Assembly (NCBI GenBank): GCA_963751345.1
Contig: CAVVUS010000034.1
Coordinates: 26,963-90,962 of the forward strand
Length of the DNA stretch: 64,000 nucleotides
Direction: 5' to 3'
DNA from: an uncultured Chloroflexia bacterium
GTDB taxonomy: Bacteria; Chloroflexota; Anaerolineae; B4-G1; SLSP01
Both the position numbers and the translations under genes were made by a program. This document shows, one piece after another, positions 50,074-59,860 of this stretch. The notes under the pieces were generated by a model. That model saw only the letters and a program-made list of their open reading frames with translations, was not told the DNA's origin and ran no database searches. Every line of letters begins with the position of its first letter. Positions within the stretch are counted from its first letter, which is position 1.

Positions 50074-51774
50074 ATGAGCGAGGTGCAACTCACGATTAAC
50101 GGACAGCCGGTAACTGCCCAAAGCGGCCAGACGATTCTGGAAGCCGCCCAAGGCGCCGGTGTGGATATTCCGGTTCTTTGTTACCATCCGTCGTTGTCAG
50201 CCTGGGGCGCGTGCCGCATGTGCTTGGTCGAGGTCAAGGGGATGCGGGGACTGCAGACCGCGTGCACGTGCCCGATCGCCGACGGTATGGAGGTTCAGAC
50301 CGAAACCGAACCCGCAGTTGAGGTACGGAAGTTCGTGCTGGAACTCCTGTTCGCCGAGCGCAACCACTACTGTATGTTCTGCCAGATGAGCGGCGACTGC
50401 GAGCTTCAGGACGCGGCATATCGCTATGGCCTGGACCACTTCACCTACCCGCGCCCGTTCCAGAAGCTGTCAGTGGATGCGTCCCGGAAGTACTTCATCA
50501 TGGATCACAACCGCTGCATTCTCTGCACACGCTGTGTTCGCGCGTGCTCGGAGATCGTGGCGAACCACACTCTGGACATCCGGGAGCGCGGCGCCGATTC
50601 TATGATCATGGCGGACTTGAACGTCCCCTTTGGAGAGTCGAGCTGCGTCGAGTGCGGCACCTGTCTGCAGGTCTGCCCCACGGGCGCGCTGATCGATGCT
50701 CGCAGCGCCTACGGCGGTCGGGAGAAGGATGTCGTTCACACAGAGACCACGTGCACGCAGTGCAGCGTCGGCTGCACGCTGGACGTTGTCACGCGCTACG
50801 ACCGGCTCCTGCGTGTGGATGGTGTGTGGGGTTCGGAGCCCAATGACGGTCTGCTGTGCGTCGACGGGCGGTTCAAGCCCCTCTACGAGGAGCGCAAGCG
50901 CCTCACCGCTCCCATGATCCGCCGCGACGGCAAGCTGGTCGAGACGGGCTGGGAGGAAGCGTTGGAGGCCGTTGCGGCCAAGCTCAAAGAGGGCAACGTC
51001 CAGGGTCTGGCGACTTGCGCCACCAGCAATGAGGCCCTGGAGGCTTTCACGAAGCTCTTCGAGAAGGTCGATGGCGAGGCAGGGCTGCTGGAGCCGGTAG
51101 CTCCGACGCTCGGATACGGCACCGAGGCCAAGATGGCCGATATTCTTGACGCCGACTTCATCATCGTCGCAGGCGCCCAGCCGCTGGACTATCAGCGTGT
51201 CGTGGGGTACTTCGTCTACCGCGCCGGCGACCAGGGCGCCAAGGTCGCCGTCATCTCCGACTCCAAGACAACGATGAGCGAGAGAGCGGACATGACCGTC
51301 TCGTACGCCGAGGCCGACCAGGTCGCGAGGGCCGCGGCAGACGCCAAGAAGATCGTGCTGATCTACAGTGTGGGCGTCAAGAGCAAAGTGACGGCTGCGT
51401 TCCGCCAGCTTGGTGGGAAACTGTATACCATGGCTTTGAGCCCCGGGCGCAATGCCCAGGGCGCGGCAGACCTCGGGCTAAGGCCGGCGGAGCCGAACGG
51501 CGCCACTGCGCAGTTCTTCCTGCTGGGAGAGCAAAGCGAGGACCCGGCGCTGCTGGGGAAGCTCAATGGGGCTTGGAAGGTAGTTCAGGCCGGCTATCGC
51601 TCGCCGTTGGTGGAGCAAGCTGACGTGGTGCTCCCGACCCCCCTGTGGTACGAGGCTACGGGACACGTGACGAACCTTGAGGGCGCGGTGAAACCGCTGG
51701 TCGAGGTGCTCGCAAAGCCGGAAACGGTGCGCGATGATGCGGACGTGCTCTCAACCCTCGCGGATATGCTATAA
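50074..51774 (+). CDS. NuoG-like multi-FeS subunit (extended HoxU or HydA without H-cluster) with a degenerate molybdopterin-fold C-terminus
   Basis: LCYH..GACRMC..TAC; HYCMFC...C; CILCTRC / CVECGTC; CTQCSVGC...LCVDGRF; ADVVLP....E.TG..TNLEG. Confidence 0.9.
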   Translation: MSEVQLTINGQPVTAQSGQTILEAAQGAGVDIPVLCYHPSLSAWGACRMCLVEVKGMRGLQTACTCPIADGMEVQTETEPAVEVRKFVLELLFAERNHYCMFCQMSGDCELQDAAYRYGLDHFTYPRPFQKLSVDASRKYFIMDHNRCILCTRCVRACSEIVANHTLDIRERGADSMIMADLNVPFGESSCVECGTCLQVCPTGALIDARSAYGGREKDVVHTETTCTQCSVGCTLDVVTRYDRLLRVDGVWGSEPNDGLLCVDGRFKPLYEERKRLTAPMIRRDGKLVETGWEEALEAVAAKLKEGNVQGLATCATSNEALEAFTKLFEKVDGEAGLLEPVAPTLGYGTEAKMADILDADFIIVAGAQPLDYQRVVGYFVYRAGDQGAKVAVISDSKTTMSERADMTVSYAEADQVARAAADAKKIVLIYSVGVKSKVTAAFRQLGGKLYTMALSPGRNAQGAADLGLRPAEPNGATAQFFLLGEQSEDPALLGKLNGAWKVVQAGYRSPLVEQADVVLPTPLWYEATGHVTNLEGAVKPLVEVLAKPETVRDDADVLSTLADML

Positions 51775-51876
51775 TCACACCTGGACTTTCATAGTCCGGG
51801 CCCGGACGCCTGTCCGGGCCCGGGCTCTTGGTCCAGGTGCGGCCAAGAATGCGCCGGAAAGGTAGGAGACTTTACT

Positions 51877-52434
51877 ATGGGAGAAAAGATTACAGTTGCT
51901 TCCCAGTGGCTGGAATCCTGCTCTGGTTGCCACATGTCCTTCTTGGATATCGATGAGAAGATTGTGGAGCTACTCAAGTACGTCGAGCTGAGCTCAACGC
52001 CCATAACGGATATGAAGCACCCTCCCGAGGAAGGTGTGGTGGTGGGTATCCTGACGGGCGGCATCGGCAACGAAGACGAAGAACACGAAGCCAAGCTGAT
52101 GCGCGAGCGCTGCAAGATTCTCATCGCGATGGGCGACTGCGCAGTGACCGGTGGGATCTGCACGATGCGCAACTTCTTCGACAAGGAAGAGGTCCTGCGC
52201 CGTGGTTATATCGAGACCGAAAGCACGGTCGACGGGGAGATTCCGGTTCACGAGGATCTCACCCCGCTGACCGATCAGGTCAAGGGCGTCGGGGACGTGG
52301 TCCCCGTCGACATCTATCTACCCGGCTGCCCCCCTTCGTCCGAGGCCATCTGGTTTGTCTTATCTGAACTGTTGGAAGGCCGGATGCCAAAGCTGGAAGG
52401 TAGCGTGTTGAAGTACGGCAGTGATGGAGGGTAA
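51877..52434 (+). CDS. hoxY: [NiFe]-hydrogenase small subunit, single-cluster HoxY type
   Basis: SCSGCHMSFLD, GDCA..GG, PGCPP; 185 aa. Confidence 0.92.
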   Translation: MGEKITVASQWLESCSGCHMSFLDIDEKIVELLKYVELSSTPITDMKHPPEEGVVVGILTGGIGNEDEEHEAKLMRERCKILIAMGDCAVTGGICTMRNFFDKEEVLRRGYIETESTVDGEIPVHEDLTPLTDQVKGVGDVVPVDIYLPGCPPSSEAIWFVLSELLEGRMPKLEGSVLKYGSDGG

Positions 52435-52439
52435 GGGTA

Positions 52440-53891
52440 ATGGCAGCTAGCGCACAGAAAATCACGATTTCTCCGGTGACCCGTATCGAGGGTCACGCGA
52501 AGATCACCATCCACCTCGACGAGGCAGGGAAGGTACAAGACTCCTTCTTCCACGTCGAGCAGTTCCGCGGCTTCGAGAAGTTCAGCGAGGGGCGGATGTT
52601 CTATGAAATGCCCGAGATCACGCCGCGGACCTGTGGGATCTGCCCGGTCAGCCACCATCTGGCCTCGGTCAAGGCTTGCGACGTCATCGCAGGCACGACG
52701 CCGACGCCGACGGCGCACAAGTTGCGTGACCTGATGCACAAGGGACAGATGATCCAGTCCCACGGTATGCACTTCTTCGAGCTCGCGGGGCCGGACTTCC
52801 TGCTGGGCTGGGACGCCGATCCGAAGGTTCGCCACGTTGGTGGTATCATCGCGGCAAACCCCGATCTGGCGGTCAAGGCCGTGCAACTTCGGGCCTTCGG
52901 ACAGAAGATCATCAAGCTGCTGGGCGAGCGCCGGGTTCACCCCATCTTCGGCGTCCCCGGTGGCGTGACCAAACCCCTGCTCGCCGCGGATCGCGAGTGG
53001 ATTCTCAGCGAGATCGATCAGCACATCGCGACCGCGCAGGTAGGCATCGCGTTCTTCAAAGACTGGATGATGGGTAACGCGGACATGGTGGACGAGTTCG
53101 CGGTCTTCCCCTCCGCCTATATGGGCCTGGTCCAGCCTGACGGCGCGCTCGAGCTCTATGATGGAACGCTGCGCATGGTCGACAAGGACGGCGCGCTCCT
53201 GGAGGAGTTCGATCCCGCGGACTACCTCAACTACATCGGGGAGCACGTCAACAACTACACCTATCTCAAGGCCCCCTTCTACCTGAAGCGCGGCTATCCC
53301 GAGGGCGTCTACCGTGTCGGTCCCCTGGGCCGCCTGAATGCCTCGAGCCACATCGCGACCCCTATTGCCCAGAGTGAGATGAAGATCTGGAAGTCGCTTA
53401 ACGGCGGGAAGCCGGTCGAGGGCACGCTGTACTACCATTACGCCCGGCTGATCGAGCTGATCTACTCCCTGGAGCACGTCAAGGAGTTGATGGACGATCC
53501 TGACATTCTGAGCAAAGATGTCGCCAACCCACGCGGGGAGATCACGGGCGAGGGTGTTGGTGTGCTGGAGGCACCGCGGGGCACGCTCTTCCATCACTAC
53601 TGGACCGACCCCAACGGCGTGATCACCAAGGTCAATATGATCGTCGCAACCGCCGGGAACGCCTGGGCGATGAATCACTCGGTCAATATGGTGGCGAAGC
53701 GCTATGTGGACGGCACCAACCTGCAGGAAGGCATGCTCAACCGCGTCGAGGGCGCCATCCGCGCCTACGACCCCTGCCTCTCCTGCTCGACCCATGCGAT
53801 GGGCCAGATGCCGATGCACATCGATCTTGTCGCGACCGGACGGCGAGGTGCTGGACACGCTCCTTCGCGACTAGCCGTCAGCTGCGGCTGA
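52440..53891 (+). CDS. hoxH: [NiFe]-hydrogenase large subunit, group 3 (HoxH/3d-like); true stop probably 53874
   Basis: TRIEGH, L1 RTCGICPVSH, EAPRGTL.HHY, L2 DPCLSCSTH plus a cleavable tail. Confidence 0.95.
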   Translation: MAASAQKITISPVTRIEGHAKITIHLDEAGKVQDSFFHVEQFRGFEKFSEGRMFYEMPEITPRTCGICPVSHHLASVKACDVIAGTTPTPTAHKLRDLMHKGQMIQSHGMHFFELAGPDFLLGWDADPKVRHVGGIIAANPDLAVKAVQLRAFGQKIIKLLGERRVHPIFGVPGGVTKPLLAADREWILSEIDQHIATAQVGIAFFKDWMMGNADMVDEFAVFPSAYMGLVQPDGALELYDGTLRMVDKDGALLEEFDPADYLNYIGEHVNNYTYLKAPFYLKRGYPEGVYRVGPLGRLNASSHIATPIAQSEMKIWKSLNGGKPVEGTLYYHYARLIELIYSLEHVKELMDDPDILSKDVANPRGEITGEGVGVLEAPRGTLFHHYWTDPNGVITKVNMIVATAGNAWAMNHSVNMVAKRYVDGTNLQEGMLNRVEGAIRAYDPCLSCSTHAMGQMPMHIDLVATGRRGAGHAPSRLAVSCG

Positions 53892-54170
53892 CTCAGCCCG
53901 CTACCAGGGGCTGCAGCGACAACAATACGAGCCTCCGGGGCATTGACGAGCCAGAATCGTCCGGCCCCGGAGGCTTTGTATAGCAGCCCTTGCGAAGGTG
54001 ACCCGAGCGGACTCGGGCTCGCGCCGTCGCAAGGGTGAGCGGCCTGTCCTTGAAGGCGGGTCAAAAGCAGATAAAATATACGTTAATCGCATTAACAGCC
54101 CCGGTCGAAGCCACGGGCCCGTAACAAGGTCGCGAGACCGGGTGTCATCAACTTATACAGAGGAAGACTT

Positions 54171-54761
54171 TTGGATCCCTTATCGGAACAGACGTTTGCT
54201 CACACGCTTGTCGCCGGATTCGGCAATCTCTACCGCCAGGACGACGGCGTCGCACGTTTCGTCGTCAATGCTCTGCGCGAGCGCCTGGGACAGGCCGCGC
54301 TGGACGAGATGGATGACGGATTCGGGGATCTCGGGCACCCGGTCGATACCGTGGTCCTTCACCAATTGGTGCCCGAGTTGGCCGAAGATCTGAAGGATTA
54401 CGAGCTGGTCATCTTCGTCGACGCTCACGTAGGGTCGGGCATTCCCGAGCCGATCCATGAGGAGCACGTGGAGGTAGCCTATCGCACCCCCTTCGTCTAT
54501 CATCAGACCCACCCCTCGACCGTGCTGGCACTGACGATGCAGATGTATAACACCGCCCCGAGCGCCGTCCTGCTCTCGTTACTGGGACACACCTTTGACT
54601 TCGGCGTGGGGCTCTCGGAAGAGACGGCGGCGTTGGTCAGACCGGCGGTCGACCGTATCCTGGAGCTTGTTACCGCGTCATCTAGGGGAGGGACGCGTCC
54701 CGAGGAGACGACAAGTCGATGCATGAGATGGCAGTTACCGAGGACATTCTCCGCATCGTGA
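54171..54761 (+). CDS. Hydrogenase maturation endopeptidase
   Basis: LVAGFGN..RQDDG, HQLVPE, IFVDAH, F.FGVGLS. Confidence 0.88.
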   Translation: MDPLSEQTFAHTLVAGFGNLYRQDDGVARFVVNALRERLGQAALDEMDDGFGDLGHPVDTVVLHQLVPELAEDLKDYELVIFVDAHVGSGIPEPIHEEHVEVAYRTPFVYHQTHPSTVLALTMQMYNTAPSAVLLSLLGHTFDFGVGLSEETAALVRPAVDRILELVTASSRGGTRPEETTSRCMRWQLPRTFSAS

Positions 54762-55063
54762 GAGAGTACGCGGAGCGAGAGGGAGCCGCAAAGGTGACCG
54801 ACGTTTACCTGGTCATCGGGGAGTTGAGCAGCTTCGTCGACGACTCAATACAGTTCTACTTCGATCTGCTCACGCCGGAGACGATCGCCGCGGGGGCCCG
54901 GCTCCATTTCGACCGGATCAAGACCCGGTTTCGCTGCAGGTCCTGCGGTGAGGAGTTCGAACCCACAGAGCAGGATTGGCTCTGCCCGAACTGCAAGGCT
55001 CTGGGCGGCGACGTGATTGCGGGCAAGGAATTCTACGTCGAGAGTATCGAGATTACGTCATAG
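54719..55063 (+). CDS. hypA: Hydrogenase nickel chaperone HypA
   Basis: MHE start, CRSC and CPNC. Confidence 0.96.
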   Translation: MHEMAVTEDILRIVREYAEREGAAKVTDVYLVIGELSSFVDDSIQFYFDLLTPETIAAGARLHFDRIKTRFRCRSCGEEFEPTEQDWLCPNCKALGGDVIAGKEFYVESIEITS

Positions 55064-55091
55064 CGGTCAGTTAAGATGGTTCCTGAAATAC

Positions 55092-55161
55092 GTCATCCTG
55101 AACGAAGTGAAGGATCCATTACCTACAAGGTTGAGAGCCTTCGCCTGCGGCTCAGGCTGAC
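55092..55161. repeat. GTCATCCTGA-type REP-like inverted repeat
   Basis: gtcatcctgaacgaagtgaaggatc ... gagccttcgcctgcggctcaggctgac. Confidence 0.75.
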
Positions 55162-55215
55162 AGTTCGCACCAATGAGGTTAACTGGCCAATAGTTAACGT
55201 GAACGGAGGAAGATC

Positions 55216-55890
55216 ATGGCAGATACAAACAATGCAACGCGTGTGCCGGTCGTCGAGAGACTGCTGACGGCGAACGAGGAAGTTGCCGCCGACAATCGAG
55301 CTGCGTTCAAGGATCGCGGCGTGACCGTGATCAACATCATGGCATCGCCCGGTGCGGGCAAGACCACACTCTTGCTGGCAACTATCGCTGCCATGGCTCA
55401 GCGCCCCGATAACGGGCCGAGAATCGGCGTGATTGAGGGAGACGTCGCCTCACAGATTGACGCGGACAAGATCGCGACCTCCGGTGTGCCGGTGGTGCAG
55501 ATCAACACGGGCGGTGCGTGTCACCTGGACGCACCGATGGTCCGCCACGGCGTCCAGGCGCTGCCGCTCGACGAGCTGGATCTGGTGCTCGTGGAGAACG
55601 TCGGCAATCTGATCTGCCCGGTCTCCTTCGATCTGGGGCAGGACTACAACGTGGGCATCATCAGCGTTCCGGAAGGTCACGATAAGCCCTACAAGTACCC
55701 GGGCATCTTCGAAGCTGTCGACCTGGTCCTCGTGACGAAGTCGGACCTGCTGCCCTACCTGGACTTCGAGGTGGACACCTTCCGCGAGCTGGTTCACGGC
55801 CTCAACCCAAATGCGCCCGTCCTTGTGCTCTCTGCCAAGACCGGCGAGGGGCTGGACGCGTGGGTCGAATGGCTGGAGGAGAAACTGTAG
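55216..55890 (+). CDS. hypB: Hydrogenase nickel GTPase HypB
   Basis: SPGAGKT, EGD, GACHLDA, ENVGNLICP, TKSD. Confidence 0.97.
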   Translation: MADTNNATRVPVVERLLTANEEVAADNRAAFKDRGVTVINIMASPGAGKTTLLLATIAAMAQRPDNGPRIGVIEGDVASQIDADKIATSGVPVVQINTGGACHLDAPMVRHGVQALPLDELDLVLVENVGNLICPVSFDLGQDYNVGIISVPEGHDKPYKYPGIFEAVDLVLVTKSDLLPYLDFEVDTFRELVHGLNPNAPVLVLSAKTGEGLDAWVEWLEEKL

Positions 55891-55910
55891 AGAGTGGTCG
55901 GCATGTTGAT

Positions 55911-58355
55911 ATGAGATCCGTTCGTTCAGAGGAGCTCGTCGCCCTTCGTATCGCCATCACGGGTGTGGTGCAGGGCGTGGGGTTCCGTCCCTTTGTCTAT
56001 AATCTGGCCAAGGGCATGGCGTTGTCCGGATGGGTCCTGAACCATTCCGGCGGCGTGGACATCGAGGTCGAGGGCCCACAGACCAGCATCGACGCTTTCG
56101 TCGAGGCCCTCTCGACAAAGGCCCCCCCCTTGGCGCGCATCGAATCCATCGAGGCTCACCCGATCCCGTTCGAAGGCTACGACGGGTTTGAGATCCGCCA
56201 CTCCGAGAGCCAGGAAGGTCGCTACCAGCTCATTTCGCCCGACGTCGCGACGTGCCCGGACTGTCTTCGCGAGCTCTTCGATCCTGAGGACCGGCGATAC
56301 CGGTATCCTTTCATCAACTGCACCAACTGCGGACCCCGGTTTACGATCATTGAGGACATTCCCTACGACCGGCCCAAGACGACGATGCGCGTCTTCCCTA
56401 TGTGCGACGAGTGTCTCGCCGAGTACCGGGACCCTGCCAATCGTCGTTTTCACGCTCAGCCGAACGCCTGCCCCGTCTGCGGTCCGCACGTCTGGCTGGT
56501 GGAGCGGGAAAGCAGAGGAGAGAATCAAGAATCTGAGAATGAAGAATCAGCGATACTTCGAGAAACCGAGCAGGTAGGCGAATTACCGGCATCTGGTTTC
56601 CGGCATCCAACATCCAGCATCCAACATCCTGACTCCGACGCCGTCTTCGCCCGCGCGAAGGAACTGCTGTTGGCGGGCAAGATCCTGGCCATCAAAGGGC
56701 TCGGCGGATTCCACCTTGCGTGCGACGCGACCAACGCGGAGGCGGTCGCGGAGCTGAGAGCACGCAAACATCGCCCCGACAAGCCATTTGCGATCATGGT
56801 TCCTACGCTGGAGGACGTGGAGGCGCTCTGTGTGGTGCCGCCCGAAGCCGAAGCCTTGATGACGTCGCCCCAATGCCCGATCGTGCTGCTCGACGCGCGC
56901 CCGGATACTCCCATCGCCGAAGGCGTCGCGCCGAACAACCATACCCTGGGCGTGATGATCCCCTACACGCCGCTGCACCATATCCTCCTGCGCGACGTCG
57001 GACGCCCGTTGGTGATGACCAGTGGGAACGTCTCCGAGGAGCCCATCGCCAAGGACAACGATGAAGCCCTGCGGCGGCTCGCTCCACTGGCGGATGCCTT
57101 CCTCCTGCACAACCGCGACATCCACGCACGCTACGACGACTCGGTGGTGCAGTTAGCAGCGATCAGCGATCAGCCGTCAGCACCAACCGTTCAGTTCCTC
57201 CGCCGCGCGCGCGGGTATGCGCCGTTCCCGATCCGGCTGCCCTTCAAGGCACCGCAGATCTTCGCGGCGGGCCCCCTGCTAAAGAATACCTTCACCCTGA
57301 CGCGGGACGACTACGCCTTTGTGAGCCAACACATCGGCGATCTGGAGAACCTCGAAACGTTGGAGCACTATGAGGCCGCCCTGGCCACCTACCGGCACCT
57401 CTTTCGGCTCGATCCTGAGGTTGTCGCCGGCGATCTCCACCCGGACTACATGAGCACCCGGCTAGCCGACGCCTACGCCCGCGAGCACGGCCTGCCCGCG
57501 CCGTTTCGGGTCCAGCACCACAAGGCGCACATCGCCGCGTGCCTGGCAGACAACGGATGGGCTCCCGAAGCAGGGCCCGTGATCGGCGTGGCCCTCGACG
57601 GGACGGGATACGGGGAGGATGGACGGATCTGGGGGGGAGAGTGGTTCATCGGCGATTACCACGGCTTCGAGCGAGCCGCCCATCTGGCCTATCTGCCGCT
57701 GCCCGGGGGCGACGCGGCGATCCGGCACCCCTGGCGCACTGCCGTGGCCTACCTTCACGCCCTGGGTGCCGACGATCTGCTGCCGCTGGGTGAGTTCTGT
57801 CCCTCCGACGTGATGAGGGTGCGGATGATGGTCGACAGGGGGCTCAATACGCCTCAGACTTCCTCGATGGGCCGTCTCTTTGACGCCGTCAGCGCGCTCC
57901 TTGGCGTGTGCTATGAGGCCACTTACGAGGCGCAAGCGGCCATCGAGTTGGAGCAGACCGTGCCGGCAGGGCACGACAGCCGAGGACCCGTCACCCCATA
58001 TGGCTACGAGATAGACTACCGGCGTCTCACCGCATCTGATCGGTGTCGGATCGCTTCTCGATGGTATCATGGGAGACGTGCGAACGTGGCGAGCCCCTGG
58101 CTGACGTCGTCCTGCGGTTCCACGTCACCATCGCTGCGATGATCGAATCGGTCAGCCACCTTCTGCGGGAGAGGACCGGGATCTCGACCGTGGCGTTGAG
58201 TGGTGGCGTCTTTCAGAACCGCCTGTTGCTGGCGCACGCCGTCCCGCGCCTGGTCGCAGCAGGCTTTCACGTGTTAGGGCACCGGCAGGTACCACCCAAC
58301 GACGGGTGTATCTCGCTGGGGCAGGCCGCGATGGCGGCATTTCATAGTGTGTCAT
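55911..58355 (+). CDS. hypF: Carbamoyltransferase HypF (frameshift near 58030)
   Basis: GVVQGVGFRP, CxxC zinc fingers, RRFHAQP, KGLGGFHL, QHHKAH, DGTGYG, SGGVFQN, PPNDG.ISLGQ. Confidence 0.96.
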
Positions 58356-58369
58356 AGGAGTTGGACTCT

Positions 58370-58639
58370 ATGTGTCTGGCAATTCCCACCCAAATAACGG
58401 AAATCGATCAGAATGGTATCGCGACCGTCGAGCTCGGCGGCGTCGAACGTCAGATAAGCCTGATCATGACGCCGGAGGCCAAGATCGGGGACTACGTGCT
58501 GGTTCACACCGGTTACGCCATCTCGTTGATGGACCCGGAAGAGGCAGCCGCCTCGCTGGAGGTCTTCGCCGAATTGGCAGAAATCCAGAAAGCCTGGGAG
58601 CGTGAAGAGGGGTCTCAGATGACGCCTCTCGAAGGATAG
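58370..58639 (+). CDS. hypC: Hydrogenase chaperone HypC
   Basis: MCLAIP, GDYVLVHTGYAI. Confidence 0.97.
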   Translation: MCLAIPTQITEIDQNGIATVELGGVERQISLIMTPEAKIGDYVLVHTGYAISLMDPEEAAASLEVFAELAEIQKAWEREEGSQMTPLEG

Positions 58640-58646
58640 CCGCCCG

Positions 58647-59759
58647 ATGAAGTTCATCGACGAGTACCGCGATCCCGCATTGGCCCGGCGGCTGGTGGCC
58701 CAAATCCGGCGAGAAGTCGCGTTGCATCCGGAGTGCCGCCCCGTGCGGCTGATGGAGTTCTGCGGCGGGCATACCCACGCGATTTTCCACTTTGGGCTGC
58801 GGCAGATGTTGGAGGGCGACGTGGAAATGCGGTCCGGGCCGGGATGTCCTGTCTGCGTGACCGCAGCCCGCGACCTGGATGCGGCGATGGCGCTCGCCGA
58901 CGTCCAACCCGACGTCATCCTCACCACGTTCGGCGACATGATGCGGGTGCCGGGCAGCAAGGGCACGCTCCAGGAGAGCCGCGCAAACGGCGCGGACGTG
59001 CGCATCGTCTATTCCCCGCTGGACGCGCTGGCACTCGCTCGCTCCAATCCCGATCGCGAGGTCATCTTCCTCGGCGTTGGGTTTGAGACAACCGCGCCGG
59101 GCATTGGCGCTGCACTGTTGCAGGCCGAGCAGGAATCCACCCCCAACTTCAGCGTTCTCAGCCTGCACAAGCTCACACCCCCCGCGATGCGCGCGATCCT
59201 GAATGCCGGCGAGGTGGCGCTGGACGGCATTATCGGCCCAGGACACGTCAGCGCCGTCATCGGCAGTGACGCCTGGGCCTTTCTCCCGGAGGACTACGGC
59301 ATTCCGTGTGCCGTCTCCGGCTTCGAGCCGCTGGACATGCTGGGCGCCATCGCGGCACTGGTGCACGCTGTGGTGGAGCGGGCTCCCGGTGTTTTCAACA
59401 CGTATGCGCGCAGCGTACGTCCGGAGGGCAACCTCGTCGCCCAGGCTATGCTCGCCCGGGTCTTCGACGTCAGTGCGGCAGCCTGGCGGGGCTTTGGTGA
59501 GATTCCCGACAGCGGATTGAGTCTCAATGCGGCATTCGCTCACCGGGACGCTGCGAAGCGCTTTCCCGTGGAGATTGAGTTCGTGGAGCATCCAACAGGC
59601 TGTCTCTGTGGCGACGTCCTGCGAGGCGTCATCGCCCCGACCGAGTGCCCCCTCTTCGGTCGTGTCTGCACCCCCCGCAACCCCATTGGCCCCTGCATGG
59701 TCAGCGCGGAGGGCGCGTGCGCAGCGTACTACAAGTACGGGGAGCAGGTGAGCGAATGA
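58647..59759 (+). CDS. hypD: Hydrogenase maturation protein HypD
   Basis: CGGHT, GPGCPVC, GFETT, PGHVS, C-terminal C..C..C..C. Confidence 0.97.
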   Translation: MKFIDEYRDPALARRLVAQIRREVALHPECRPVRLMEFCGGHTHAIFHFGLRQMLEGDVEMRSGPGCPVCVTAARDLDAAMALADVQPDVILTTFGDMMRVPGSKGTLQESRANGADVRIVYSPLDALALARSNPDREVIFLGVGFETTAPGIGAALLQAEQESTPNFSVLSLHKLTPPAMRAILNAGEVALDGIIGPGHVSAVIGSDAWAFLPEDYGIPCAVSGFEPLDMLGAIAALVHAVVERAPGVFNTYARSVRPEGNLVAQAMLARVFDVSAAAWRGFGEIPDSGLSLNAAFAHRDAAKRFPVEIEFVEHPTGCLCGDVLRGVIAPTECPLFGRVCTPRNPIGPCMVSAEGACAAYYKYGEQVSE

Positions 59760-59860
59760 GCGAGAAAGCGAAAAGGCGAGAAGAGAATACAGAATGCGAG
59801 AATGAAGAATCGGCGCATTGGGCAAGTGTTAGGTCAGCTAAGCGTCGAGCTTAACACCAA

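Noticed and set aside
44634-51774. Respiratory complex I or [FeFe]-hydrogenase
   Set aside because: No membrane nuo genes and no H-cluster motifs; the genes are followed directly by [NiFe] subunits and hyp genes.
50074-51774. Formate dehydrogenase catalytic subunit
   Set aside because: The molybdopterin region is much shortened, with no Cys/Sec-His active-site motif visible.
53770-53800. [NiFeSe] hydrogenase
   Set aside because: The L2 motif is DPCLSC with Cys codons and no in-frame TGA.
52314-53858. 514-aa minus-strand ORF
   Set aside because: Antisense shadow of hoxH.
54082-54096. Rex site of the GTTAA-N4-TTAAC type
   Set aside because: The spacer is 5 nt rather than 4; kept only as an unassigned palindrome.
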